Shown here piece by piece: positions 41,570 through 51,358 of a DNA stretch of 64,000 bases; position 1 is the stretch's first letter, and the number at the start of each line of letters is the position of its first letter. A program made the translations under genes and the position numbers. The stretch covers positions 1 through 64,000 of the forward strand of contig CAVYIM010000003.1 of the NCBI GenBank assembly GCA_963768655.1. Reading direction: 5' to 3'. Under the pieces are notes generated by a model. It did not search any database and was not told the origin of the DNA. It worked only from the letters and a program-made list of their open reading frames with translations. The DNA comes from an uncultured Chloroflexia bacterium. Its GTDB lineage: Bacteria; Chloroflexota; Limnocylindria; Limnocylindrales; CSP1-4.

Positions 41570-43000
41570 ATGAGCAGCCAGACCAGGCGGCGTCCCACCG
41601 GCGCCAACACATCACTCACGTTCCGCACGTTCCTCGCCCTCTCGGCGGGGAAGGCCGCCGCCCGCGCCACTCAGCTGGCGGGGCGCGGGGGCGGCACGTC
41701 GATCACGGGCATGGTGGCCCGTCGGCTCGATCCGCACGTCCTGCGCAAGATCGTCCTGGACCGCGGCGAGCCGGTGGTCGCGATCACCGGCAGCAACGGC
41801 AAGACGACCACCGCCCGCTTCACCGCCGCGCTGCTCCGGGGCGAGGGCGTGACCGTCAGCCACAACTCGGCCGGCGCGAACCTCGTGCAGGGCGTCACCA
41901 GTCTCGCCGTCACCTACGCCAGCATTCGCGGCCGCCTGCCCGGAGGTGTCCTCGTCGTCGAGGTCGACGAGGGCGCGCTGCCCAAGGTCGCGCCGGAGCT
42001 GGCGCCGCGGGCGCTCCTCGTGACGGATCTCTTCCGCGACCAGCTGGACCGCTTCGGCGAGATCTACGCCGTGGCGGACGCGATCGAGTCGGTCGCGGTC
42101 GCCCTGCCGGCGGACGCCGCCCTCGTCGTCAACGCCGACGACCCGATGGTCGCCACCATGGCATCCGGGCGCGAAGGTGCGCGCGTCACCTTCGGCCTGG
42201 AGCTCGACCGCTCGACCGACCAGATCACCCGCGCCGCCGATACGATCCGCTGCCCGAGATGCAAGGCCGACCTGACGTACCGCCACGTCTACCTCTCGCA
42301 CATGGGCGACTACGAGTGTGCCGCCTGCGGCCTGCGGCGGCCCAACCTGGACGTCGCCGTCACCTCGCTGGAAGTCGTCGGGCTCGATCGGACGCGCTGC
42401 GAGATCCGGACGCCGTCGGGCAAGCTTGCGATCGAGATCCCGCAACCGGGCGTGCACATCGCCTACGACGCCGCGGGCGCGATCGCCATCCTCGTCGGCC
42501 TCGGCGTCCCGCTCGAGCATGCCGCCGCATCGCTGGCCTCGGTCGGTCCCGCCTTCGGCCGCCTGGAGAAGATCGACGCGGACGGGCGTTCGATCGTTCT
42601 CGCCTTCGCCAAGAACCCGACTTCCTACAACACGACCCTGCGCGCGCTGGCGACCGAGGGCGAGCCGCGCCAGCTGCTCATCGCCGCCTCGAACACCCTG
42701 GTCGACGGCGAGGACTTCGGCTGGCTGTGGGACGTCGACTTCGAGTCGATGGCGCCCAGGGTCGAACGGGCGGTCGTCTCCGGCCTTCGGGCGGACGAGC
42801 TGGCGAACCGGCTCAAGTACGCCGGCCTATCGCCCCGCAAGATGACCATCGTCGAGGATCGATGCGACGCCCTGGAGGCGGCGCTGGACGGCCTGCCGGC
42901 CGAGCGGCGTCTGGTCGTGCTGTCCGGCTACACGCCGCTGATCGAGATCCGCAACGAGATGCGGCGGCGGGGCTGGACCGGGAGGTACTGGGAAGTATGA
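41570..43000 (+). CDS. murT: Lipid II isoglutaminyl synthase subunit MurT (Mur ligase + DUF1727)
   Basis: ITGSNGKTTT, EVDEG, LFRDQLDRFGE, CPRC...CAAC, KNP, DFGWLWDVDFE. Confidence 0.9.
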   Translation: MSSQTRRRPTGANTSLTFRTFLALSAGKAAARATQLAGRGGGTSITGMVARRLDPHVLRKIVLDRGEPVVAITGSNGKTTTARFTAALLRGEGVTVSHNSAGANLVQGVTSLAVTYASIRGRLPGGVLVVEVDEGALPKVAPELAPRALLVTDLFRDQLDRFGEIYAVADAIESVAVALPADAALVVNADDPMVATMASGREGARVTFGLELDRSTDQITRAADTIRCPRCKADLTYRHVYLSHMGDYECAACGLRRPNLDVAVTSLEVVGLDRTRCEIRTPSGKLAIEIPQPGVHIAYDAAGAIAILVGLGVPLEHAAASLASVGPAFGRLEKIDADGRSIVLAFAKNPTSYNTTLRALATEGEPRQLLIAASNTLVDGEDFGWLWDVDFESMAPRVERAVVSGLRADELANRLKYAGLSPRKMTIVEDRCDALEAALDGLPAERRLVVLSGYTPLIEIRNEMRRRGWTGRYWEV

Positions 43001-43845
43001 GCGAGCCGAGCCGCCCGCCGGCCAGGTCCCGCCGGCGACCCGAGGAGCACGATCACCGCCCGCTCCGGATCGCCCACCTGTACCCGTCGTTGCTGAACGT
43101 GGCCGGGGACGGCGGCAATCTCATCGCCATCGCGCGCCGCGCCGAGTGGCGGGGCATCCCCGTCGAGGTCACGGCCGTCGAGAAGGGCGAGACGCCCGAC
43201 TTCCGCAAATTCGACGTGGTCCTGTTCCACGGCGGCCAGGACGTCGAGATGGCGGTCGCGGCCGAGGACTTCGCGACCAAGGCGCCGTCCCTGCGCGAGG
43301 CCGTGGGCGACGGAGTACTGGTTTTCGCCGTGTGCGCGGGGCTGCAGCTGCTCGGCCACCGTTACATATCGAACGCGGGCGAGGAGATGCTCGGGGCCGG
43401 GATCCTGGACCTGGAGACACGCGGCGGGCCGCAGCGCTTCATGCAGCACGCCGCCTGCGAGGTGACGATCGACGGCGCCACGGAGACGGTCGTCGGCTTC
43501 GAGAACCACTCCGGCCTCACGGAGCTCGGGCCGGGCTGCGAGGCCTTCGGCCAGGTGGTCGCGGGCGCGGGCAACAACGGCCGCGACGGCCTGGAGGGCG
43601 CGCGGGCGGCCAACGTTTTCGCCACGTACCTGCACGGCCCCGTGCTGCCGAAGAATCCGTGGCTGACAGATCGGCTGATCGAGATCGCGGTGTCGCGAGC
43701 GGAGGGCGCACCCTTTACGCTCGCCCCGCTGGACGACGAGATCGAGCTGCGGGCTCACGAAGTCGCCCTCGCCAAGGCGATGGCGAACCGCGGCCGCCGC
43801 ACCGCCCTCGAGCCGGCCCGGCTGGTGAGGGGCCTGAAGAAGTAG
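42997..43845 (+). CDS. gatD: Glutamine amidotransferase GatD
   Basis: HLYP..LN..GDGGN, GGQD, VCAGLQLLG, GFENH, YLHGPVLPKNP; ATGA overlap with murT. Confidence 0.9.
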   Translation: MSEPSRPPARSRRRPEEHDHRPLRIAHLYPSLLNVAGDGGNLIAIARRAEWRGIPVEVTAVEKGETPDFRKFDVVLFHGGQDVEMAVAAEDFATKAPSLREAVGDGVLVFAVCAGLQLLGHRYISNAGEEMLGAGILDLETRGGPQRFMQHAACEVTIDGATETVVGFENHSGLTELGPGCEAFGQVVAGAGNNGRDGLEGARAANVFATYLHGPVLPKNPWLTDRLIEIAVSRAEGAPFTLAPLDDEIELRAHEVALAKAMANRGRRTALEPARLVRGLKK

Positions 43846-43948
43846 CTGAGAGTCGAGGCGGCGCGGCGGGGCGCGGCGCGGGCCGCGTAGAGGGCGGCCG
43901 CCGGCCGGGCGCACAGCCCAGGAAGCCCAGCGCTACTCGCCGCCGCGC

Positions 43949-43987
43949 GCGAAGATTGAACGGTTGATGGCGGTTCGGCCGTAGATC
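43949..43987 (+). promoter_or_regulatory. Putative ECF-type promoter, duplicated at 46488-46526
   Basis: gcgaagattgaacggtt...ccgtnnatc with identical spacing upstream of both ECF sigma copies. Confidence 0.55.
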
Positions 43988-44014
43988 GAGTGACCGCAAT
44001 CGCGAGGGAGACCG

Positions 44015-44554
44015 GTGATCGAATTCGCCAGCGTGCAGCCGCGCGAGGATGACCGCGTAGCCGAGTTGCTGCTGGCCGGCGTCCCCGAAGCCCACAGGCT
44101 CGCCGCCTCGATCCTGCGCGACCCGATCGGCGCCGAGGACGCCGTCCAGGACGCGCTCCTGCGGGCGTGGAACAGGCGCCGAAGCATTCGGTTCGAGGCG
44201 GGCGAGCCGCATCGCTGGTTCATTCGGATCGTTGTCAACGTCTGCCGGGACGAGCTCCGCCGCAGGCGCCGCCAGCCCGTGGCCACGATCCAGCCGCTCG
44301 CGGCCGGCGAGCCGGTGGCCGAGTCCGCCTGGACGACCGCGGAACACGACGACCTCGATCGGGTCATCGGGCACCTCAAGGAGGACGAGCAGATCGTGCT
44401 TGGCTTGCGGTTCGGGCGCGACCTGACGGTCCCCCAGATCGCGGCTCAGCTGGGCCTGCCCGAAGGCACCGTCAAGTCCCGGCTCCACTACGCGCTTGAA
44501 CACGTCCGGGCCGCGCTCGATGCCGAGCGCCGGGCGGAGGAGCAGAAGCGATGA
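44015..44554 (+). CDS. ECF sigma factor
   Basis: AEDAVQDALLRAW, WFIRIVVNVCRD, IAAQLGLPEGTVKSRLH. Confidence 0.92.
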   Translation: MIEFASVQPREDDRVAELLLAGVPEAHRLAASILRDPIGAEDAVQDALLRAWNRRRSIRFEAGEPHRWFIRIVVNVCRDELRRRRRQPVATIQPLAAGEPVAESAWTTAEHDDLDRVIGHLKEDEQIVLGLRFGRDLTVPQIAAQLGLPEGTVKSRLHYALEHVRAALDAERRAEEQKR

Positions 44555-46369
44555 ACGGCCCCGATCTCGAAACCAGGCTCCGCTCCTACTACGAGACCTG
44601 CCAGCCGAAGGACTCCGCCCGTCTGATGGTGGGCTCCCGGACGGTGCTGGACGACGCTCGCCGGTCACGGCCGAGGTTCGCGCTCTGGGGCGGCCTGAGG
44701 CTGGCCGCGACACTCGCCATCGCCGTGGCTCTGCTGGCGGTCCTGGTGCTGCCGCGATTGGGCTCCGTGGTCGTACCGGCGGCGCAGTCCTCCTTCGACC
44801 CGGCCACGGCGGCGAACGCGTCGCTCGACCAGGCAGGGCTGATGCGCTCGGGCGGCATCTGGGCGGTCGCGGGTTCGTACCTGCTGACCTCCACCGACAA
44901 CGGCGCCTCATGGCGTGCCGGCGACCTTCCGGACGGGGATGGGGCCGGGGGGAAGGTCTTCGTGCTCGAATTCGAACCATGCCTGGGCAGTCTCCGGCTA
45001 CGGCGCCTGGTGCAACGGCAGCTGCCAGCTGGTCTTCGATCGAACGAGCGACGGCGGCCGAACCTGGAGCCAATCGTCAGTGTCGAGTGAGTATTCGTGC
45101 GATCAGGCGACGTTGTCGTTCGTCGACGCCGTTCGCGGATTCCTGATGTGCGCGGCCTACGCTCAGCCCACAAGCACCGGTCCGGGTGTCACCGTCCCCG
45201 TCATCAAGGGCTCGGGCACGCTTCTGCGGACGGTCGACGGCGGCGCGACCTGGTCGATCGTGAGCCACGCCACGGGCCTCGGCGCCGACTTCACCGCCAG
45301 CGACGCGGACACGCTCTGGTCGGCGGAGGACTACTCGTCGTCGTCGCTCGACGGAGCGGCTCTGTACGTGAGCAGGGACGCGGGCGCGACCTGGTCCAGC
45401 GTCGATCTGCCAGAGCTGGCGACACTCCCTGTGGGACTCGGGCCGGTTGGCGCAACTGAAGGGTCTCAGGCGGGGGACTGCGGCGGACCAACCTTCCTGG
45501 ACGCGTCTCACGGCGCATTCGCGGTCGAAGTCTCCCCGATCAGCGACCCCTGGTCCCTGACGGTCTGGTTCTACAGGACGTCGGACGGCGGCCGATCGTG
45601 GACCCTGGCCAAGAAGACGGTTCACGCCGGCGCGTCTATCAACGATCCTCTCGCGATGGTCGGCCGCGAGTGGGTGATCATCGGGACGAACACCGACACC
45701 GGCCTGACGACGAGCGGCGACTTCGGGGCCAGCTGGACGGACGTGCCTGGCAGCGGCCTTCCGACAGACAACATCGAGCACCCCTTCGCGCCGCTCTTCA
45801 GCTGGGTTGACTTCACCGATCGCGACCATGGGGCCGCAGTGATCAACTACGAGTCCGGGGACACGAGCTTCGAGCCGCTGATGCTGTCATCGGACGGCGG
45901 CCGGACGTGGCACCCGGCGAACTTCGGCGACGCGCGCGCGAAGGTGCCGGCAAATCCGGCGCTGGACCCGACCACGGCGCAGGAAGCGGTCGATGAGTTC
46001 GAGAGGATGGCACGGCCGGATCCCCAGGCGCCGTACGTGGCCTCGGACGAGCAGCTGGCCTGGAGCCTGCTTTCGCCGTACTCCCAACAGTCGTTCGGCA
46101 GCGTCTCGGCGTTCAATTCGGCCGAGAGTGCGCTCTCTACATGGGCGGCGGCCGATCAGGTCGGCCAGGCGACACAGAGCCCGAGCATGCTCAGTCGGGC
46201 AAGTCTGGGCGCGAGCGTATGGGACGATCTGAACAGCCACGCGGACATGAGCCGCGCCTACGTGGTCCAGGCGACCTCCGCGGATGCCTCGAAGCCGGCA
46301 CAGACGTTCGTCGCCGCGCCGCTGGGCGCCACCGGGGAGTGGCGCGTCTGGGTCGTGACGACGCCGTAG
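44551..46369 (+). pseudogene. Putative anti-sigma factor with TM and Asp-box propeller, frameshifted near 44969-44972
   Basis: ORF 44551..45090 (DLETRLRSYY, TM) joins ORF 44915..46369 (TSDGGRTW repeats); removing one base gives VFVLDSNHAWAV. Confidence 0.75.
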
Positions 46370-46397
46370 GCTGGGCGCGGGCGCGGCGCAGCCCGGG

Positions 46398-46459
46398 TGT
46401 GGCGCGACCCGGCCGTGTGGCGCGGCCCCGGCCGTGTGGCGCGGCCCCGGCGTGGCGCA
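46398..46459. repeat. ~19-bp tandem repeat x3
   Basis: gtgtggcgcg(g)ccccggcc-like units. Confidence 0.75.
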
Positions 46460-46621
46460 GATCGTGTCGCGCGGCAGCCGCCCCGGAGCGAAGATTGAAC
46501 GGTTCGCGGGAACGGGACCGTCAATCAGGTGTGAGCCGGGTTCGACCGAACTGAGGCGCCAGCCGCGAATCCTCCGGGCCGCCGGCGGAGTGCCGGCGCC
46601 GGTGGGACAACGAGGGAGGCT

Positions 46622-46790
46622 ATGCTCGACGAGGTCACGACGATGCGGCGCAGCCGCGACGACGAAGTCGCCGAGCTGCTGCGGGCGCGTGCCGCCGAGG
46701 CGCATCGCCTGGCGGCGTGGATCCTGCGCGGTCCCGTCGGGGCCGAGGATGCCATTCAGGAAACGGCCCTGATCGCATGGCGCCGTCCTG
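46622..46790 (+). pseudogene. Truncated ECF sigma factor paralogue (start of region 2 only)
   Basis: DDEVAELL...EAHRLAAWILRGPVGAEDAIQETALIAWRR aligns with 44015 sigma, then similarity stops at the convergent ABC permease. Confidence 0.75.
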
Positions 46791-46803
46791 CTGCCCTGAG
46801 GCT

Positions 46804-47571
46804 CTACAGCTCCTGCCGCCGGAAGACCAGCCACGTGGCGCCGAAGAGCGCCGGCACGAGGGCGATGTTGAAGAGCAGCGGGCCCGCGAAGTTGCCGGCG
46901 TCGTTGCCCAGCGCCAGGTCCGACGCGGGGGTGAGGAGCGCCAGCGGCGACCACGGCCCGATGACGGGGATCGCGGCCAGGAGGCCCAGGACCAGCAGCG
47001 CGACCATGCCCAGGCCGGCCGCGGCGATCGCGGATCGCGAGATCGTGCTGCCCAGCAAAGTGATGGCGGTGAAGATGACCAGGGTCCACCACATGATCGC
47101 GGCCATCGCCACGTAGCCGCCGAGCGGGAAGGCGGACGGGTACAGCACCACGGTGTAGACGTAGCCCAGCCCGCAGCCGAGGATGACCGCCAGGCCCAGG
47201 TTGAGTGAGATCGCCGTCAGCTTGGCGGCGAGGAACGCGGCCCGCGACGCCGGCTTGGTCATGATCATCCCGGCCGTGCCGCGTTCCTTCTCCCAGGCCA
47301 CGGAGCCCATGCCCAGGAGCAGCGCGCAGATCACGCCGAACTCGGACAGGTTCTTGATGATCTGGCCGAGGTCGCCGGTCAGCGATGGCGGTGGCACCGC
47401 GATGGTGAAGCCGCCGCTCTGGCTGCCGACGGCGTCGATCAGCTCCTTCATGTAGCGATCGGTCAGCGGACCGATGATTCCGAACAGGACGAATACCGCC
47501 GCGACCGCGATGAGTCGGCCGGTCCGCACCTGCTCGCGCAGCTCCTTGATGAGCAGCACCCGGAAACCCAT
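46804..47571 (-). CDS. ABC-2 type permease, YxlG-like
   Basis: LLIKELREQ, EKERGTAGMIMTKPASRAAFLAAK, six TM. Confidence 0.88.
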   Translation of the reverse strand: MGFRVLLIKELREQVRTGRLIAVAAVFVLFGIIGPLTDRYMKELIDAVGSQSGGFTIAVPPPSLTGDLGQIIKNLSEFGVICALLLGMGSVAWEKERGTAGMIMTKPASRAAFLAAKLTAISLNLGLAVILGCGLGYVYTVVLYPSAFPLGGYVAMAAIMWWTLVIFTAITLLGSTISRSAIAAAGLGMVALLVLGLLAAIPVIGPWSPLALLTPASDLALGNDAGNFAGPLLFNIALVPALFGATWLVFRRQEL

Positions 47572-48863
47572 CACCGCCGTCCCCTCCCGTCGAGACCCCA
47601 CGCCGGAATGGCGACAGGTGGCGCGGTCTGCAGGCCGCTCTCGGCGACAAGGCGCAGGAAGACGTCCTCCAGGCTCGGTCGGGCCCGCTCGTACCGGATC
47701 AGGCTGACCCCGCTCAAGACCACCAGCGGCAGGATCGCCGGCCCGGCGACCTTCGGATCGTTGACGAAGACTCGGACGGTGTCCGGCGTGGTTCGAACCT
47801 CCTGCGCCCACGCCTGACCGCGCATGGCGCCGGCCAGCCGTTCGATGGCGCCGTCCTGCTGCGGTTCGGGCTCGAGCTCGTAGATTGGCTGGGCGTAGCG
47901 GTCGAGCAGCTCGTCGATCGGACCTTCGACCACCAGGTGGCCGACGTTGAGGATCGCGACCCGATCGCAGACCCGCTCGACGTCGTTGAGGATGTGCGTG
48001 CTCATGAAGACGGTGGCCGTGCCGCGGAGACGGGAGATGATCTCCAGGATGTCGCGGCGGCCCTCCGGGTCGAGCGAGCTGACCGGCTCGTCCAGGAACA
48101 GGACGCGGGGCTGATTGATGAGCGCCTGCCCGATTCCGAGGCGCTGGCGCATGCCCCCGGAGTAGCCGCCGATGCGCCGGTACGCGGCGTCGTTCAGACC
48201 CACGATCTCCAGCACCTCGCCGACCCGCTGCCGCAGCGCCGCCCCGTGGAGACCGTGCAGCTGACCGACCATGTTCAGCAGCTCGCGGCCCCGCATCCAG
48301 CCGTAGAAGCGCGGGTCCTGATCCAGATACCCGATGTTGCGCGCCAGTTCGCCGCCCGCCCCGCCGATCCGCACGCCGGCCACGGTGCCCGTGCCCTCGG
48401 TGGCGGTGGCCAGGCCGGCCAGGAGGCGCAGGGTCGTCGTCTTGCCCGCGCCGTTGGGCCCGAGGAAACCGAAGACGCTGCCGCTCGGGACGTTGAGGTT
48501 CAGGTTCTCGAGAGCGACCACGCCCTGCGGGTACCGCTTAGTCAGGCCGGTCGTGGAGATGGCCGCGTCCGTGCCCTCGGTGAGCCGGGGCCACGTGGCG
48601 AGGATGCGGGCGATCGATTCAGCCGGAGTTGCGCCGACGCCGCCGGTCCCGCCGCTCTCGGCGCCGCGCAATTCGTCGCGACCGACGAAGAAGTAGATCA
48701 GCGGGCCGATGATGTTGACGAAGGCGATGACGAGCGCCCAGATGATCTTGTCGCCCCGAACCCGGCGATCCTCCTGGAAGAGGTCGTACAGGGCGTACAG
48801 CATCAGCCCGACCTGGATGATCAGGAACGGCACCAGCACCAGGGCGATCGTCGTGGCATCCAT
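47571..48863 (-). CDS. ABC ATPase fused to N-terminal PLDc_N (YxlE-like) hairpin
   Basis: K.IWALVIAFVNIIGPLIYFFVGR then GPNGAGKTT, YSGGM, LFLDEP. Confidence 0.9.
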   Translation of the reverse strand: MDATTIALVLVPFLIIQVGLMLYALYDLFQEDRRVRGDKIIWALVIAFVNIIGPLIYFFVGRDELRGAESGGTGGVGATPAESIARILATWPRLTEGTDAAISTTGLTKRYPQGVVALENLNLNVPSGSVFGFLGPNGAGKTTTLRLLAGLATATEGTGTVAGVRIGGAGGELARNIGYLDQDPRFYGWMRGRELLNMVGQLHGLHGAALRQRVGEVLEIVGLNDAAYRRIGGYSGGMRQRLGIGQALINQPRVLFLDEPVSSLDPEGRRDILEIISRLRGTATVFMSTHILNDVERVCDRVAILNVGHLVVEGPIDELLDRYAQPIYELEPEPQQDGAIERLAGAMRGQAWAQEVRTTPDTVRVFVNDPKVAGPAILPLVVLSGVSLIRYERARPSLEDVFLRLVAESGLQTAPPVAIPAWGLDGRGRR

Positions 48864-48908
48864 GGCGCTGAGTTTCGCACGCCGCCGGTGTCATTGCCTC
48901 GCTCTTGC

Positions 48909-48984
48909 GGCCGAAGCCCGGCGCGGCCGAAGCCCGGCGCGGCCGAAGCCCGGCGCGGCCGAAGCCCGGCGCGGCCGAAGCCCG
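48909..48984. repeat. 16-bp tandem repeat x4.6
   Basis: ccgaagcccggcgcgg repeated with no spacers. Confidence 0.92.
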
Positions 48985-48989
48985 CAGCT

Positions 48990-49589
48990 TCAGGCGCCTG
49001 ACGGCCTGCGGATCGTCGAGGGGTCCGGCAGCGGCAGGTCCGGCCGGACGAGGGTCACCCAGTCGCGCAACGCGCGGACGCTGGTCTCGAACGCGATCTC
49101 GGGCCACGGGATCGCATCCGCGGCGAAGGGCCGCGTCTCCTGCGACTCGCGGGTGATTCCGGGCTTGCCGCCGACGATCCGAGCCTCGAAAGCGATGACG
49201 ACCACGGCCGCCTGAACGCGCGAATAGAGACCGACGATGGCGCCGGGTTCAACCTGCAGGCCGGTCTCCTCGAGCGTCTCGCGTATCGCCGCCTCTCGGA
49301 CGGTCTCGTCGATCTCGAGGAAGCCGCCCGGCTGGGCCCACTGCCCACGCCCCGGTTCGATACCCCTTCGGATCAGCATCACTTCGCCCCTGTCCGTGAT
49401 GGGCAGCGTGGTGACGACCAGGCGCGGATTGACGTAGAACACGAACCCACAGCCCGGGCAGGCGAGGCGGTCGCGCTCCTCGCCCTCGATGGGGCCGAAC
49501 GCGAGCCGGCCGCCGCAGCGCGAGCAGAACCGGACCATCGGCTCGAGCCAGTCCGGCACGTCGCCGGGGCCGAATCGGACCTCGCTCAT
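48990..49589 (-). CDS. NUDIX hydrolase with N-terminal Zn ribbon
   Basis: FCSRCG...CPGCG, PGGFLEIDETVREAAIRETLEETGL. Confidence 0.9.
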   Translation of the reverse strand: MSEVRFGPGDVPDWLEPMVRFCSRCGGRLAFGPIEGEERDRLACPGCGFVFYVNPRLVVTTLPITDRGEVMLIRRGIEPGRGQWAQPGGFLEIDETVREAAIRETLEETGLQVEPGAIVGLYSRVQAAVVVIAFEARIVGGKPGITRESQETRPFAADAIPWPEIAFETSVRALRDWVTLVRPDLPLPDPSTIRRPSGA

Positions 49590-49640
49590 CGGTCGGGCTC
49601 GATCGCGCTCCACCGGGTCCCGAGCCTCGGCTGCGGGAAG

Positions 49641-50153
49641 CTAGCGTTCACCGTGGAGGTCGACATTCGACGCGTCGTCTTCGACCGAGCGCGTCTGGGC
49701 GTCGCGGTAGGCCTGCAGCCGCCCGCGCAGCGCCGGGTCGGAGAGAGCCAGGATCTCGGCCGCGAGCAGGGCCGCATTCTCCGCGCCACCGACGGCGACC
49801 GTGGCGACGGGGATCCCCTTGGGCATCTGGACGATCGAAAGGAGCGAATCCAGGCCGCCCGCCACCTGCGTCGGGATGGGCACGCCGACGACCGGGAGGA
49901 TCGTCTTCGCCGCCACGACGCCCGGCAGGTGCGCCGCCCCGCCCGCGCCAGCGATGAACACCCGAATGCCCCGCGCCTCCGCGCCGCCGACGAAACGGGA
50001 GAGCAGGTCCGGTGCCCGATGCGCCGATATGGCGTGCAGCTCGCACGGCACCTCGAGCCTGTCCAACAGCTCGACCGCCTTCTCCATCACAGGGAAGTCC
50101 GAACGGCTGCCGCAGACGATCCCGACCCGCCCTGCTGTCTCGTGCTCGGCCAT
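49641..50153 (-). CDS. purE: N5-CAIR mutase
   Basis: GSRSD, SAHRAP, IAGAGGAAHLPG, DSLLSIVQMPKGIPVATV. Confidence 0.95.
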   Translation of the reverse strand: MAEHETAGRVGIVCGSRSDFPVMEKAVELLDRLEVPCELHAISAHRAPDLLSRFVGGAEARGIRVFIAGAGGAAHLPGVVAAKTILPVVGVPIPTQVAGGLDSLLSIVQMPKGIPVATVAVGGAENAALLAAEILALSDPALRGRLQAYRDAQTRSVEDDASNVDLHGER

Positions 50154-50213
50154 GCTGTCTCCATCGCGCTGATGTACCCGATTATGGCGCCCCCGCCGCT
50201 CCGCGGCCCAGTC

Positions 50214-51305
50214 CGCACCGTTGAGGCCGCAGGCCTGACGCCCCGCCGTCCGTCCCGCGCTGCCCGCCCGGCGCCCCGCGTCCCGCTAGCGCCCGCGGCC
50301 CCGCCGCCCCGCTAACGGCCGCCCAGGCGGATCAGGATGATCGAGACCTCATACAGGCCGTACATGACCACGGCCATGACGATGGGACTGACGAAGTCCG
50401 CGCCCGGGGTGACGAGCTCGGAGAAGATCACGATCCCGAGGACGGCGATGCGGCGCGAGCTGCGCAGCCGGGCGGAGGTGACGATGCCGACCTTGGACAG
50501 CAGGACGAGAACGATCGGGAACTCCATCACCACCCCGAAGGCGATGAAGAGGACGGTGACGAAGCCGAAGTAGGCGTCGGCGGTCAGCATCAGCTTGATG
50601 TCTTTGGTCTGGAAGCCATACAGGAAGCCCGAGGCGTAGGGCAGGATGAAGTACGCCACGCCTACGCCGAGGGCGAAGAAGACCATCGCCGCGGGCACCC
50701 AGGGCCGGGCGGCCGATCGTTCGGCGGGTGTCAGCCCCGGCGATATGTAGCGCCAGAACTGGTACAGGATCACCGGCATGGCCAGGATGAACCCGACCGT
50801 GACCGCCACTTCGAGGTGGATCATGAAGGGCTCCGTCAGGCCCAGGGCGATGAGCGGCTCGGTGGTCGGCAGCGGCGCCTTTAGGATCTCGATCAGCCGA
50901 TCGGACACGAGAAAGCCGATGATCGTGCCCGGCACGAGGCTGAAGATCGAGATGAAGAAGCGGTTGCGCAGCTCGATCAGGTGGGCGGCGAGGGTCATGG
51001 CCGACTTGTCGAGCGGTTCGGGAGCGGGGGCCTCGTGGCGGCGGCGGAACGGCAGGTGCAGCCAGCCTCCTCGTCGGGCCGCCGGGCCGGCGACCGGGGC
51101 CGGGCCGCTCTGCAGTTGGTAGTTCGGATCCATCATCGGTCCCAAGCTAAGCCGCACCCCCCCGGGGAGTCGCCCGGGTCGGGAGTGACCCAAGCGCACC
51201 CGCGCAGGGCCAAGTATGCCTGTCGCGGGCCCTGGGCAACTGGCGCACGCCCGCTCGGGCCGGCGGGGGAGATCGGCCGGCCCGGTCCCGATGGGGCGGA
51301 GGTCA
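50214..51305. repeat. 1092-bp direct repeat, left copy (beta-galactosidase 3' tail + tatC)
   Basis: Matches 61130-62221 at offset 10916; two differences seen (50241, 50261). Confidence 0.95.
50312..51136 (-). CDS. tatC: Twin-arginine translocase subunit TatC (copy 1)
   Basis: MTLAAHLIELRNR, YQFWRYISPGL, AFGVVMEFP, TPGAD, LYEVSI. Confidence 0.95.
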   Translation of the reverse strand: MMDPNYQLQSGPAPVAGPAARRGGWLHLPFRRRHEAPAPEPLDKSAMTLAAHLIELRNRFFISIFSLVPGTIIGFLVSDRLIEILKAPLPTTEPLIALGLTEPFMIHLEVAVTVGFILAMPVILYQFWRYISPGLTPAERSAARPWVPAAMVFFALGVGVAYFILPYASGFLYGFQTKDIKLMLTADAYFGFVTVLFIAFGVVMEFPIVLVLLSKVGIVTSARLRSSRRIAVLGIVIFSELVTPGADFVSPIVMAVVMYGLYEVSIILIRLGGR

Positions 51306-51358
51306 GCCGGCAGCCGGGCTCGAGAGGCGAAGCTGTGCGACGGACGACAATTCCCGGA

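Noticed and set aside
48909-48984. Mini-CRISPR
   Set aside because: 16-bp units are contiguous with no unique spacers.
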